A stretch of 64,000 nucleotides of DNA. Origin: Candidatus Aminicenantes bacterium (GTDB lineage: Bacteria; Acidobacteriota; Aminicenantia; JAMOAD01). The notes under the pieces are model-generated. The model did no database searches, was not told where the DNA came from, and saw only the letters and a program-made list of their open reading frames with translations. The stretch lies in contig JAMOUT010000057.1 in NCBI GenBank assembly GCA_027061995.1, positions 65,688 to 129,687 on the forward strand, in the 5' to 3' direction. Numbering within the stretch: the first letter of the stretch is position 1; every line of letters begins with the position of its first letter. The position numbers and the translations under genes are program-made. Positions 1 through 10,969 of this stretch are shown one piece after another.

Positions 1-41
1 AAAAAGAAAAGAAGAGATGATTAATATAAGTATTTTCACTA

Positions 42-701
42 TTATCTTTTTTCCCATTTTAACAACTCCTTTATTTTTTTTAACTTTTCAGACGGATTGG
101 CATCTTTGAAAATATAGCTTCCCGCAACAAAAATATCAACTCCGGCTTTTTTAAGAGAAATTATCTTTGTATCATTTATTCCTCCGTCAATCTCTATTAA
201 GAAATTCAGCTTTCTTTCCTTCCTAATCTTATCCAATCGAACAATTTTTTCAATCGTCGAAGGGATAAATTTTTGACCTCCGAACCCTGGTGATACACTC
301 ATAATCAATACATAATCCACATAATGAACAGCATCCTCTATTATACTTACAGGTGTCAGAGGATTTAAGGCTATTCCCGCTTTTTTCCCCGTCCTTTTTA
401 TGTTTGCAATTGTTCTGAAAGGGGTGGGTGTAGCTTCCATATGAAAAGAGATCATATCAGCTCCAGCTTCGGCAAACTGTTTTATCAAGAGATCCGGGTG
501 TTTTACCATAAGATGAACATCGAACGGTAATTCGGATATTTTCCTTATTGATTTGACTACGGGTGTTCCTATGGTTAATTGAGGGACAAATATACCATCC
601 ATTACATCTATGTGCAAAAGATCGGCTCCCCCTTTTTCAACCGTTTTTATTTCTTCTCCTAATTTTGAAAAATCAGCTGATAATATTGATGGTGCTATCA
701 T
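42..701 (-). CDS. rpe: ribulose-phosphate 3-epimerase
   Basis: 219 aa; TIM-barrel motifs typical of Rpe (LHIDVMDG, HLMV, SVSPGFGGQKF, IEIDGGI). Confidence 0.9.
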   Translation of the reverse strand: MIAPSILSADFSKLGEEIKTVEKGGADLLHIDVMDGIFVPQLTIGTPVVKSIRKISELPFDVHLMVKHPDLLIKQFAEAGADMISFHMEATPTPFRTIANIKRTGKKAGIALNPLTPVSIIEDAVHYVDYVLIMSVSPGFGGQKFIPSTIEKIVRLDKIRKERKLNFLIEIDGGINDTKIISLKKAGVDIFVAGSYIFKDANPSEKLKKIKELLKWEKR

Positions 702-1426
702 TTTACAATATCCAATGTTATTATATTACCTTTTTTTATTTTATAACCTGACATAGGGTTTTGTCGAACGATTGTTCCCGAGGGTATCCCTTGATATTCA
801 ACTTTTCTTATTCCCTCTATTTTAAATCCTTTTTTTTCCATAAAATGAATAACTTGAACAATGTTTTTTCCTATTAAATCCGGCATAACATAAGCAAGTT
901 TTCTCGGGCCATCCGATATAAGAAGATTTAAGCCCGCTTTTTTAAATGATTCTTTGCCAGGGGAAGGATCTTGCTCGATTATATCTCCTGTTTTATATTT
1001 ATAGTGTATTGAGGCTATATTAATGATTGGTATGGAATACTGTTTTAATTCTATTTCCGCTGTTTTGATACTTTTATGCCTTAAATCAGGGACAGTAACT
1101 CTTTCTCCTCCGAGACTTATATTTACAATGACAAAATGATTCTTTTTTATTTTTACCCCCGGTTCCGGTTTTTGACTTACTATCACTCCTTCGGGATATT
1201 TCAAACTGAACACCTCTTTTCTTTTTGTAAGATAAAGATTATTTTTTGTTAAAATTTTGATTGCTTCTTTTTCGGTTTTTCCTATAAGATTCGGTGTTTG
1301 AATTGTCTCCCCTTTTACCAATATAAACATTGTAATAAACGCTGAAATTAAAAAAAGCGAAATATAGAAAGATGTCCAAAGAAATATTTTTATTATTTTT
1401 TTCTTATTTATTTTTAATCTTAACAT
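698..1426 (-). CDS. PASTA-domain membrane protein
   Basis: 242 aa; N-terminal TM helix followed by three approx 65-aa repeats with PASTA-like pattern (VPDLIGK...A...L...G). 4-nt overlap with rpe start. Confidence 0.7.
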   Translation of the reverse strand: MLRLKINKKKIIKIFLWTSFYISLFLISAFITMFILVKGETIQTPNLIGKTEKEAIKILTKNNLYLTKRKEVFSLKYPEGVIVSQKPEPGVKIKKNHFVIVNISLGGERVTVPDLRHKSIKTAEIELKQYSIPIINIASIHYKYKTGDIIEQDPSPGKESFKKAGLNLLISDGPRKLAYVMPDLIGKNIVQVIHFMEKKGFKIEGIRKVEYQGIPSGTIVRQNPMSGYKIKKGNIITLDIVK

Positions 1427-1434
1427 AACAGTGT

Positions 1435-1463
1435 TTTATAACATAAATACCCGTTTTTATCAA
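1435..1463 (-). promoter_or_regulatory. sigma-70-like promoter (TTGATA-17nt-TATAAA) for the PASTA/rpe operon; -10 ends 8 nt from the ATG, so the mRNA is possibly leaderless
   Basis: Read directly on the minus strand: cTTGATAaaaacgggtatttatgtTATAAAacactgttATG. Confidence 0.45.
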
Positions 1464-1562
1464 GTTGAGTTGTTTGCAATGAACCTTGAATAATATGGAT
1501 TATTGATTCATGATATCAATTAAGGCGGTGATGTTGAAATAATTCACATTCAGCATTTATTA

Positions 1563-1676
1563 TTCATAATTATTATTTATTTTCTTACCGATTCATCACT
1601 CATAATTCAGAATTCATAATTATTATTTATTTTCTTACCGATTCATCACTCATAATTCAGAATTCATAATTATTAA
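1563..1676. repeat. 50-bp direct tandem repeat, 2.3 copies
   Basis: 1563-1612 and 1613-1662 are identical (ttcataattattatttattttcttaccgattcatcactcataattcagaa). A third partial copy runs 1663-1675. Intergenic, upstream of the PASTA promoter and downstream of the POT transporter stop. Confidence 0.9.
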
Positions 1677-3124
1677 TTTACCCTTTTTTTCAAACTTAAA
1701 GTGATTCCTCCCAAGCCGACAAGAAGCAAAATAGAACTTTGGAGAATCCTTTTCCAAATTATCCCTGTTGGGGAAAAAGAGTTATAAACAAAAAGTAAAC
1801 CGAGAAAGGTTATCAGGATATAAAAGCCGAACATCACGATATAAGCTCTCCTGTTTGTTTTCTCATTATCCTGCATAAAGAATTTATTATATAAAACCAA
1901 ACCTATGGAGCTTAATATCCCCAGAATAAAGAAAAGCATAAAAAAGAGTTTGGGATTATTCCCTTTTTTAGCGATTTCTTCATATAATGTGGCTCCTATG
2001 GAACTTCCGAAGAGAGAGCCTATAACTCCGTATATAAATGCATATCCCATATATACCGCGACTTTATCTTTTGGTGCGATTAACCCTATATATGAATAAT
2101 ACTTGGGATGGGTAGTCATCTCTCCGATTGAGAAAACCGCAATACCGAGAATAAAAAGCCATGCACTTTTAGTTAAAGCGAGAATTAAAAAACCGGAGGA
2201 ACCTATCAGTATTCCTGTAATCATTGTGGGAAGAGGTTTTATCTTTTTTACCAATCTGCTTATTAAGACTTGAAGGAGAATTATTGTCCCTGCGTTAATA
2301 ACGGTAACATGCTCAACATCAAATACAAAATTTATGTTTAAACCTATCGAATGAAAAAAATTTGTAATGGAATTGGATATTACGGATCTATTGATAAAAT
2401 CTCTCAGATACCAGAGAACACTACCGAAATTCTGGAAATATATGATCCAGAAAAAAGAGTATATGAAAATCAAAAGCATGAATCTTGAATCGCCGAGGAC
2501 AATAACAATATTTTTCAAACTTTCTTTCAAGCTTTTATCTTTATCTCTTCCTTCAGGCTCTTTATATAAAAAAATGGAGGGGAAAAGCATTAGAAAAGCC
2601 CAAGCTGCGGAAGCCATGAAAACATATCTCCATGAAAATCCTTTAAGGTATGATACGAGAAGAGGAGCGATAAAAGCTCCGAGATTAATCATCCAATAAT
2701 AAATACCGAAACCGAAGCCGCTTGTTTCTTCATCCGTTGTTCTTGCTATTGTGCTTGAAATGATAGGTTTAAATAAACCTGAACCTACACCTACAAGTAA
2801 AAGACATGTGAAAATGATACCGTATGTTGTAAAATTTCCGGCTGCAAAATAACCGAAGGACAAAAAGGAGAAAGCGATAATTAACATCTTTTTGTAACCG
2901 TATTTTTCAGCAAGAGCACCGCCTACAATAGGCACAATATAAGTTAATGCATAAACTATTGCTTGTAAGAATCCGACACTTTCGTGTTGAAAATGTAGTT
3001 TATCGGTCAGATAAACAGCGAGGACGGAATTCATCCCATAGTATGCCGCCCTTTCAAAAAGTTCCATAACATTAGCAAGCCAGAAAACAGGTTTAAATTT
3101 TGATAATATCCCTTTTTTACTCAT
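1673..3124 (-). CDS. proton-dependent oligopeptide transporter (POT/PTR2 family MFS)
   Basis: 483 aa polytopic protein; the N-terminal ELFERAAYYGM matches the PTR2 signature ExxERFxYYG. Confidence 0.75.
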   Translation of the reverse strand: MSKKGILSKFKPVFWLANVMELFERAAYYGMNSVLAVYLTDKLHFQHESVGFLQAIVYALTYIVPIVGGALAEKYGYKKMLIIAFSFLSFGYFAAGNFTTYGIIFTCLLLVGVGSGLFKPIISSTIARTTDEETSGFGFGIYYWMINLGAFIAPLLVSYLKGFSWRYVFMASAAWAFLMLFPSIFLYKEPEGRDKDKSLKESLKNIVIVLGDSRFMLLIFIYSFFWIIYFQNFGSVLWYLRDFINRSVISNSITNFFHSIGLNINFVFDVEHVTVINAGTIILLQVLISRLVKKIKPLPTMITGILIGSSGFLILALTKSAWLFILGIAVFSIGEMTTHPKYYSYIGLIAPKDKVAVYMGYAFIYGVIGSLFGSSIGATLYEEIAKKGNNPKLFFMLFFILGILSSIGLVLYNKFFMQDNEKTNRRAYIVMFGFYILITFLGLLFVYNSFSPTGIIWKRILQSSILLLVGLGGITLSLKKRVN

Positions 3125-3330
3125 TATTCTCCTCTTGTTTGAAGTTTTTGAAAATAAAAATTATCATATAAACAAACGAGTGTCAAACAATATTATAAAT
3201 ATCTCGGAAAATCAAATAATAACGGTATAAAAAAGAGTTGCGAATGTAAGGAGAATATTGTCTTTATAAATATTATTTAATGAGGACTAAGATCTCTTTA
3301 ATATTCTTTTCATTTTTAGTATAATCCTTT

Positions 3331-4296
3331 ATGATTTATTTGTGGTGGTTAATATTTGCAATAATACTGGGATTGATTTTTATCTCAGGTGAAAAAGTAT
3401 CTGTTCTCGGAGAAAAACTCGCTTTAAGAATAGGTATAACAGAGGGACTGATAGGGGTTACGCTGATATCCGCCATTACCTCTTTTCCCGAACTTTTTAC
3501 GGGAATAAGCGCTGTTTCAATCGTTAAGGATCATAATATGATGTTCGGAGAGATTCTCGGTAGTTGCATATTTAATCTGACGATAGTTTCTTTGATGAGC
3601 TTAATGTTTAAAAGAGTAAATCTTTTTAAGGTTATCTCCGAAAGATTCAGAATAACCTCTTTTCTCTCCGGTGTATTGTTTTTGATAGTGGCTTTTTTCC
3701 TGAAAGTCAGATTACCGTCTCTCTTTTTTATAGGGATTCCCTCTTTAATAATAATCGGACTCTATTTTATAATATTAAAAATAATTTATGATAAAGAATT
3801 CAAACCAAAACGGGAAGAGGAAAAAACGGATGATAATCTCAGTGCGATTGTTGTAAAATTTTCTTTTTTTTCATTAATTATAATAGGCACGGGATTGTAT
3901 CTTCCGATTCTTGCGAAAAAGATAGCGGTTGAGATGAATTGGTCATCAACATTTATGGGGATGCTTTTCATAGCGATTGTTACATCAATGCCCGAATTAA
4001 TCGTATCTTTTGCGGCTGCAAAAAGGGGACTTTACGGTATAGCCGTTGGAAATATTTTCGGTAGTATCATATTTAATATCCTTATTATTGCTATTATTGA
4101 TTTTGTTTATATAAAAGGAACCATATGGCAAGTTGAGAGCTGGGCGAACTTTTGGACTGCTATTGTTGTGGCCGTTATCTCTTTTATTGCTGTTCTTTCG
4201 GGAAAATTCGCAAAAAACAGATTTATGAATATAATATTATCATTGCTTATTGTTGCTGCATATGTATCTGTTTTATTTTTATCTTTCAAATTATAA
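3331..4296 (+). CDS. Ca2+/Na+ antiporter (CaCA family, YrbG-like)
   Basis: 321 aa, about 10 TM helices; two alpha-repeats (GITEGLIGVTLISAITSFPELF and the VTSMPELIVSFAAA region). Confidence 0.75.
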   Translation: MIYLWWLIFAIILGLIFISGEKVSVLGEKLALRIGITEGLIGVTLISAITSFPELFTGISAVSIVKDHNMMFGEILGSCIFNLTIVSLMSLMFKRVNLFKVISERFRITSFLSGVLFLIVAFFLKVRLPSLFFIGIPSLIIIGLYFIILKIIYDKEFKPKREEEKTDDNLSAIVVKFSFFSLIIIGTGLYLPILAKKIAVEMNWSSTFMGMLFIAIVTSMPELIVSFAAAKRGLYGIAVGNIFGSIIFNILIIAIIDFVYIKGTIWQVESWANFWTAIVVAVISFIAVLSGKFAKNRFMNIILSLLIVAAYVSVLFLSFKL

Positions 4297-4299
4297 TTT

Positions 4300-6990
4300 A
4301 TGGGCAAACAGGAATTTATAAAGATAAAAAACTGTTATCAAAATAATCTTAAGAACATAGATATTGATATCCCTCTCGGAGAATTTGTGGTATTTACGGG
4401 TGTATCCGGTGCGGGAAAATCCTCCCTTGTTTTTGATACTATTTATGCGGAGAGCCAGAGAAGATTTTTTCTGTCATTATCAACCTTTGCAAGACAATTT
4501 TTTGAAAGAATTCCCCCTCCCGCCGTTGAAGAGATAGAGGGACTTCAACCTTCAATAGCGATACTGAGAAAAGGGGTGGTTAAAAATCCCCGTTCCACAG
4601 TTGCAACAATAACTGAGATATACGATTTTCTAAGGGTGCTATATTCAAAAATATCCGAATTGTATTGTCCCGAATGCGGGAGAAAAATTGTAAAGTATGA
4701 TGAAGAATCTTTAAAAAAGTTTATAATGAACGAATATAAGAACAGAAAAATCACTATCGGTTTTATAACTGAAAAAGAGCTTAAAGAGATATATAAAGGG
4801 GGATTTGTTTATGCGCTTATAGACGGGAAAAAAGAAACTGTGTTTAAAGCAAAAGATGGGATAAAACATATTATTATCGATACTCTGATTGTTAATGATG
4901 AAGAGAGAATATTCGAGGATATAAAAACAGGTTTTAATTGGAGTGATAAGATTTTTGTTCGTGATGAGAATGGTATCTCTCTTTTCTCAAACAAGTATTA
5001 TTGTCCATACTGTTCACTGAATTTTAGTGAACCAGTTCCCGAGCTTTTCTCTTTTAATTCTTCAAGAGGAGCTTGCCCGCGGTGTAAAGGTTTCGGAGAT
5101 ATTATTACTGTTGATGAAAAAAAAGTTATACCTGATGAAACTGTTTCAATAGAAAACGGGGCAATAGAGATTTTCAAGACCCCGAAAGCAAAGGAGCTGT
5201 ATAATGAACTTCTCGGTTTTTGTAAGAGGAAAGGGATAAAGACGGATGTTCCCGTAAAAAAACTTTCCGTTAAGCATAAAAAACTTTTATTTGAGGGGGA
5301 TGAAGAATATTATGGAATAAACAGTTTTTTTGAATGGCTTGAGAGGAAAAAATATAAAACTCATGTCAGAGTTTTCCTGAGCAGATACAGGAAATATTCG
5401 CAGTGCCCCGTATGTCTCGGAGGAAGATTAAATAGAGAGGCTCTCTCATATAGGGTGGAAGGTAAAAATATAGCGGAACTCAATAGTATGGAGATAAATG
5501 AGTTTTCGGAATTTATAAAAAAAATAGAGAAAAAATACAAAAATAATAAAGCTGTTAAAATTCTTCTTCAAGAGTTAAGAGAGAGAGTTGATTATCTTAT
5601 TGCCGTTGGTTTGGGATATCTCTCCTTGAATCGAAAAACTTTTACATTATCAAGGGGGGAGGCTCAGAGAATATCCTTAACTTCGGTTCTCGGTTCTACG
5701 CTTACGGATACAATGATTCTTATAGATGAACCTTCCAAAGGACTACATCTGAAGGATTTTAATACTTTGATAAAAGCAATTAAAAAAATCAATGGGGCAG
5801 GAAACACTATTATTATGATAGAGCATCTTGAAAAGGTTTTTAAAATAGCTAACAGAATTATTGAGATAGGTCCTGGAGCGGGTGAATCGGGAGGAGAAAT
5901 CATATTTTCCGGTGCGTTTAATGATTATAAGAAAACAAAAACATATAAAAACACGCAAAAATTAATAAAAACGATTAAAATAAAGAAAGACAATGATAAA
6001 ATAGGCTATTTTATAAAAATTAATAAAGCTGAAAAATATAATTTAAAAAAGATTGATATTAAAATCCCGCTTAATAAAATTACGAGTATTACAGGGGTTT
6101 CGGGAGCCGGTAAGAGCACTCTATTATATGAGATTCTTTATAAAGGGTTAAGAGGAGAGGAAAAAAATTATAAGAATATAACAGGAATTGAAAAATTTGC
6201 AAAAGATAATGTTATTTATATAGATGATTCACCCCCTTCAAGAAGTTCGAGGGCTGTGGTGGGAACATATCTCAAACTTCTCGATCCTATAAGAAAATTG
6301 TTTTCGGAATTGCCTGAAAGCAAAAGGAGAGGGTTTACAAGCTCTCACTTTTCTTACAACAGGAAAGAGGGGCAGTGTTTTGATTGTAAAGGGGAGGGTT
6401 ATGTTAAAATTGAGATGCAGTTTTTGTCCGATATTAAACTTATTTGCGATGGTTGCGGAGGTAAAAGATTTAAAGATGAGGTTTTAAAGATAAAATTCGG
6501 AAATCTGAATATATATGATATTTTTGAACTCACTTTAAATGAGGTTGGTGAGATTTTCAGAAAAGAGATTCCGACAATATCCGATAAAATCACTATATTG
6601 AATAAAATGGGGGTCGGATATCTCAAATTAGGGCAAACTCTTTCCACTCTTTCGGGAGGAGAGAGTCAAAGAATTAAACTTGCAAAACATATGCTTTATA
6701 ATAATAAAGGGAATCAACTGTTTTTAATAGATGAGCCTACAACAGGACTTCATCCTCTCGATATATCAAAGATAATAGGAACTATGAGAGATTTTATTGA
6801 TTATGGAGCGACTATTGTTGTAGTGGAGCATAATCCTTTGTTTATTATCAATTCCGATTATATTATTGATCTCGGACCTTCGGGGGGAAACAGAGGGGGA
6901 AAAATTGTTTTCCAAGGGGATATTTCCGAATTTCTTCTTTCGAAAGAATCAATAACAGCCATCACTCTGAGAGATTATTATTCACTCTGA
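4300..6990 (+). CDS. uvrA: excinuclease ABC subunit A (UvrA family)
   Basis: 896 aa; two ABC ATPase modules ([22 protein letters not shown] and [11 protein letters not shown]); Zn-ribbon CxxC pairs (CPECG, CPYC...CPRC, CFDC...CDGC); LSGGE signatures. Confidence 0.8.
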   Translation: MGKQEFIKIKNCYQNNLKNIDIDIPLGEFVVFTGVSGAGKSSLVFDTIYAESQRRFFLSLSTFARQFFERIPPPAVEEIEGLQPSIAILRKGVVKNPRSTVATITEIYDFLRVLYSKISELYCPECGRKIVKYDEESLKKFIMNEYKNRKITIGFITEKELKEIYKGGFVYALIDGKKETVFKAKDGIKHIIIDTLIVNDEERIFEDIKTGFNWSDKIFVRDENGISLFSNKYYCPYCSLNFSEPVPELFSFNSSRGACPRCKGFGDIITVDEKKVIPDETVSIENGAIEIFKTPKAKELYNELLGFCKRKGIKTDVPVKKLSVKHKKLLFEGDEEYYGINSFFEWLERKKYKTHVRVFLSRYRKYSQCPVCLGGRLNREALSYRVEGKNIAELNSMEINEFSEFIKKIEKKYKNNKAVKILLQELRERVDYLIAVGLGYLSLNRKTFTLSRGEAQRISLTSVLGSTLTDTMILIDEPSKGLHLKDFNTLIKAIKKINGAGNTIIMIEHLEKVFKIANRIIEIGPGAGESGGEIIFSGAFNDYKKTKTYKNTQKLIKTIKIKKDNDKIGYFIKINKAEKYNLKKIDIKIPLNKITSITGVSGAGKSTLLYEILYKGLRGEEKNYKNITGIEKFAKDNVIYIDDSPPSRSSRAVVGTYLKLLDPIRKLFSELPESKRRGFTSSHFSYNRKEGQCFDCKGEGYVKIEMQFLSDIKLICDGCGGKRFKDEVLKIKFGNLNIYDIFELTLNEVGEIFRKEIPTISDKITILNKMGVGYLKLGQTLSTLSGGESQRIKLAKHMLYNNKGNQLFLIDEPTTGLHPLDISKIIGTMRDFIDYGATIVVVEHNPLFIINSDYIIDLGPSGGNRGGKIVFQGDISEFLLSKESITAITLRDYYSL

Positions 6991-7256
6991 ATAATATTTC
7001 CGAAATTCTGTTGTTTAGAGTTATAAAAAGTAAATAAAAAATTAAAACTAATTATAAAAATATAGGAACAATGCGGAAGCTACAAAAACAGGATAATATT
7101 ATTAAGATAATAAACTGTAAAACCAACATAAAACAGTTATTCGGAAGTGCGGAGAAACTATAAAACCAATGTCATACAAAGAAAAATAGGGGGTATGAAA
7201 AAAACATTTTCTTTAGTTTTCATGATTTATATCCTTTTGTAATATTTTATATAATG

Positions 7257-8873
7257 TCAATTTCTAACTTTTAATGATAAGAACAAACCTGTAAACAAAA
7301 AGCCGGATAAAAGTTGCACGGAGTAAAAAACAGTATTATTAAAATAAAACAGGAGGAGAGCAAGTAGAAGAAAAGGGATTAACAAGAGTATGGTTATCTT
7401 AAATTTTGAAACAATAATATCATTAAGAATCAAATAACCGCTCCAAACACCGATAAAAAACAGTGTGAAAATCAATGGCGAATTATCGTATAATTCAAAA
7501 TTATTTTTTATATATATATTTAAGGAAAAAAAGGTGAACAAAAATAGTAAAGCCGGGGAGATTAATAAATTAAAACCTCTTTTTTTAAGAATAAAAAGCG
7601 GGGTAATCAATAAAAAGATTGACAATAACAGGATAAACAATTTTTTTAAAATATTTTTGTTCTTAAGATTCATAAGTTTCAAAATAATATTTTTATCTTT
7701 TTTTAGAATAAAAATATTTTTTGAAATTTTATCAAAAAAAGGTGGAGGGGATTTATCTTTTTCTCCGATTGACAAGATTTTTCCGTATTGTTTTAATTTT
7801 CCCGAAAGATATAAAAGATTATCTGTTTCATGGAAATATTTAGAGAATATCTCATGCTCATTGTATTTCGGAAGTAATATCAAATCATATTTTTTATTAA
7901 CGGGAGTTTTAAATTTACCGTGAAATATTTTTACATTGGATTCTAACAAAGCTCTTATGATTTCGGGAAAATCATAAGCTATTTCATAATAAAATTTTTC
8001 TTCCCCGATATAATAATCAATATTAAAAATGCCTATCCTAATAAATTCGTTTACTATGGCGGGATTATTATTTAATATTAAGATATCCCCGAATTTCATT
8101 CCGGTTTCAGTTAAAAAAGTTTTAAAATTTTTATTTTTAAAAGGGAATTTGAAAACAGTTTTAAAATTTCGTATGAAATAAACTCTTTTATTTTTATCCG
8201 CAACAAAATATTGCCCTGTTTCAGTTTCAAAATATTTTATCGGATGAAAACCGGTTGTTTCTTTTTTTATAATATTATTATTTGCAAGAATGAAGAATGC
8301 AAATATGGGGACAATAAATAGTATTGATATTATTCTGCTTTTCCCTTTTTCTATGAAAATAAGAAGGATACCTATGTATAATATTCCGAGTGTCATTACA
8401 ATAAACCAATTATTTAACCCCGAACGGATTAACAGATATATTAGAAACGGAGAAAGAGATATACCGAAAAACAGAATATTATATGGATAGCGAACCTCAG
8501 ATGCGGATTTTATAATCAGTTTTATCTTTAAACTTAGAATAAACGGGGTAAAGATGATTAAGAAAAATAATAGAAACAGGGTTATAGGAGAGGGGGAACT
8601 TATTATTCTCTCGCTGAGTTTAAAAAAATATAAGATAACCGTTATGAATAGAAAAATCCAAAGAATAATATTTTTCAGGTTATTTTCCATATTAATCGTT
8701 GAATTTTTATCAAACACAAAGCCGGTATATGTTCCTATAATCCAAAATATTGGTAAGGAGCTGATTATCAAAGGTGAAGTATAAAATAAAACAAAGAGTT
8801 CTCTGAAAATAATCGTGAGAAATCCCCCGTAAAAAAAAGCTGTTATGAATATATAAATATTTTTATTGCTCAT
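7257..8873 (-). CDS. polytopic membrane protein with a central soluble domain of about 200 aa (possibly the COG4262-like membrane-anchored spermidine-synthase fold, degenerate)
   Basis: 538 aa; strongly hydrophobic N- and C-terminal segments. The central region (GDILILNNNPAIVNEF...KKYDLILLP) faintly resembles a SAM-MTase/SpeE core but lacks the GGGDGG motif. Confidence 0.3.
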   Translation of the reverse strand: MSNKNIYIFITAFFYGGFLTIIFRELFVLFYTSPLIISSLPIFWIIGTYTGFVFDKNSTINMENNLKNIILWIFLFITVILYFFKLSERIISSPSPITLFLLFFLIIFTPFILSLKIKLIIKSASEVRYPYNILFFGISLSPFLIYLLIRSGLNNWFIVMTLGILYIGILLIFIEKGKSRIISILFIVPIFAFFILANNNIIKKETTGFHPIKYFETETGQYFVADKNKRVYFIRNFKTVFKFPFKNKNFKTFLTETGMKFGDILILNNNPAIVNEFIRIGIFNIDYYIGEEKFYYEIAYDFPEIIRALLESNVKIFHGKFKTPVNKKYDLILLPKYNEHEIFSKYFHETDNLLYLSGKLKQYGKILSIGEKDKSPPPFFDKISKNIFILKKDKNIILKLMNLKNKNILKKLFILLLSIFLLITPLFILKKRGFNLLISPALLFLFTFFSLNIYIKNNFELYDNSPLIFTLFFIGVWSGYLILNDIIVSKFKITILLLIPFLLLALLLFYFNNTVFYSVQLLSGFLFTGLFLSLKVRN

Positions 8874-8905
8874 TGGTAGTTAATCGGGAAAGGACTATTA
8901 TAGTA

Positions 8906-9505
8906 TTAGAAATTGTATGATATTCCCCATGAGATGTAAAAACCGTTTTCAAAACCACCCTCGAGTTCCACCTCTATTTCATCGTTAAATCTGAAGGATA
9001 AACCAACGGGAAGTTTTACAATGGGGATGAGAGTTTGATAATTATACAGATCATTATGCTCTTTCCATTTATCTCTGTAATACGCCTCCGCATTAAGGAC
9101 AGCCACGCCGACTCCTATTCCTATCCCAATATAAGGGGTAACTTTAAAAGAGGGGATAAGATTTAAAATAGCGGAATATGTGAATGCAACCTGTTTCATC
9201 TTTAAAAATCCCTGAATTCTGTAATCATCCGCGCTTGCTCTCCAAAATCCGCCCGCTCTGTATTCAAATATTCTTAATGAATAAACAGAGTAAAATGTGC
9301 TTTTTATCCCGTCTTCACCATATTTTTTTATTTTTAACCCTATTCCGTTTCCGGATATGGCGGGGTATTCATTAAGGGCTGAGTTCAAGATACTGTTTAT
9401 GAACCCGAATTTCCCGTAATTTATGTTAATGGAATTTTTAATTTGAGCAAAACCTGTAATCGTAAATAAAAGCAAAAACACTATTATAAAATATCTTTTT
9501 TTCAT
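8906..9505 (-). CDS. small outer-membrane beta-barrel protein
   Basis: 199 aa; signal peptide; alternating hydrophobic pattern; C-terminal ...GISYNF (terminal Phe). Its ATG overlaps the guaB stop (ATGA). Confidence 0.55.
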   Translation of the reverse strand: MKKRYFIIVFLLLFTITGFAQIKNSININYGKFGFINSILNSALNEYPAISGNGIGLKIKKYGEDGIKSTFYSVYSLRIFEYRAGGFWRASADDYRIQGFLKMKQVAFTYSAILNLIPSFKVTPYIGIGIGVGVAVLNAEAYYRDKWKEHNDLYNYQTLIPIVKLPVGLSFRFNDEIEVELEGGFENGFYISWGISYNF

Positions 9506-10968
9506 TCCATCCTGTAATTGGGAGCCTCTTTTGTTATGATAACATCATGAACATGAGACTCTCTCAGCCCGGCACTTGTAATCTTAATAAACCTGGCTTT
9601 GGATTTCAACTCTTGTATGTCAATTGCTCCTATATATCCCATGCCCGAGCGAAGTCCACCTGTCATTGTATTGATTATATGGATAACCGAACCTCTGTAT
9701 GGAACTCTTCCTTCAACACCTTCCGGAACAAGTTTAGCTTCGGATAATTGTTCCTCCTGAAAATATCTGTCCCTGCTTCCTTTCTTCATAGCTCCGAGAG
9801 AACCCATCCCTCTGTATTGTTTATATGATCTGCCTTGAAAAAGGATTATCTCTCCAGGGCTTTCATCTGTTCCCGCAAACAAACTTCCGATCATGACCGA
9901 GCTTGCACCTGCGGCTATAGCTTTAACAACATCTCCCGAGAATTTTATTCCTCCGTCAGCTATTACGGGAATATCATGTTCTTTTGCAATATTGTAAACA
10001 TCCGATATGGCTGTTATCTGCGGGACACCTATACCGGTAACAACTCTTGTTGTGCATATTGAACCGGGCCCAACACCCACTTTAATCGCATCGGCTCCTC
10101 TGTCGATAAGAGCTTTTGCAGCTTCCCCCGTTGCAATATTACCGGCGATAATATCAATATCTGGAAATTCGGCTCTGAGTTTTTCAAGTGTCTTTAAAAC
10201 TTTGATGGAGTGTCCGTGTGCTGTATCTATCACTAATACATCAACCTTTCTTTCAACAAGTGTTTTCGCTCTTTCAAGAGTATCTTTTCCCACACCGACG
10301 GCCGCCGCAACAAGAAGTCTCCCCAACTTGTCTTTTGATGCATTGGGAAATTGTTTTCTTTTTGAGATATCCTTGACTGTGATTAATCCTTTAAGATTAA
10401 AATCATTATCAACCACAAGGAGTTTTTCTATCCTGTTAACATGCAATATTTTTTCGGCATCTTCAAGTGTGGTTCCCACGGGAACTGTTATCAGGTTCTC
10501 TTTTGTCATTAATTCGGAAACTTTTTTATCCATATCTTTTTCAAATCTGAGATCTCTGTTTGTTATTATCCCCACTAATTTACCGAATTCATTTACAACA
10601 GGGATGCCGGATATCTTGTATTTACCCATTATTGCAAGAGCCTCGTAGATTTTAGCTTCGGGTTTTATCGTTATGGGATCCACAATCATTCCGCTTTCCG
10701 ATCTTTTTACTTTATCTATCTCCTCGGCTTGTTGTTCTATCGAAAGATTTTTGTGAATGACTCCGATTCCACCCACCTGAGCCATAGCTATGGCCATTTT
10801 GGCTTCGGTAACAGTATCCATGGCTGCGGCTGATATGGGAACATTAATTCGGACATTTTTTGAAAATCTCGTTTGTATATTAACTTCTGCGGGAAGAACC
10901 TCTGATTTTTGCGGGAGTAATAGAACATCATCAAAGGTTAAACCCTCTTTTATCGGTAATTCAACCAT
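9502..10968 (-). CDS. guaB: IMP dehydrogenase
   Basis: 488 aa; catalytic loop [16 protein letters not shown]; CBS pair in the middle; [10 protein letters not shown]-terminal motif. Confidence 0.95.
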   Translation of the reverse strand: MVELPIKEGLTFDDVLLLPQKSEVLPAEVNIQTRFSKNVRINVPISAAAMDTVTEAKMAIAMAQVGGIGVIHKNLSIEQQAEEIDKVKRSESGMIVDPITIKPEAKIYEALAIMGKYKISGIPVVNEFGKLVGIITNRDLRFEKDMDKKVSELMTKENLITVPVGTTLEDAEKILHVNRIEKLLVVDNDFNLKGLITVKDISKRKQFPNASKDKLGRLLVAAAVGVGKDTLERAKTLVERKVDVLVIDTAHGHSIKVLKTLEKLRAEFPDIDIIAGNIATGEAAKALIDRGADAIKVGVGPGSICTTRVVTGIGVPQITAISDVYNIAKEHDIPVIADGGIKFSGDVVKAIAAGASSVMIGSLFAGTDESPGEIILFQGRSYKQYRGMGSLGAMKKGSRDRYFQEEQLSEAKLVPEGVEGRVPYRGSVIHIINTMTGGLRSGMGYIGAIDIQELKSKARFIKITSAGLRESHVHDVIITKEAPNYRME

Positions 10969-10969
10969 A

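Noticed and set aside
1563-1676. Possible CRISPR array
   Set aside because: The 50-bp units are directly contiguous with no unique spacers and there are only 2.3 copies. This is a simple tandem duplication, and no cas genes are nearby.
10007-10648. 213-aa ORF on the plus strand inside guaB, and similar long antisense ORFs (47009-47599 in trxB, 20303-20785 in the epimerase, 37202-37669 in ppdK, 12141-12745 in secA)
   Set aside because: They lie entirely antisense to confidently identified conserved genes, have Ser/Pro/Thr-rich low-complexity translations and no RBS. They are artefacts of frame-shadowing of real genes.
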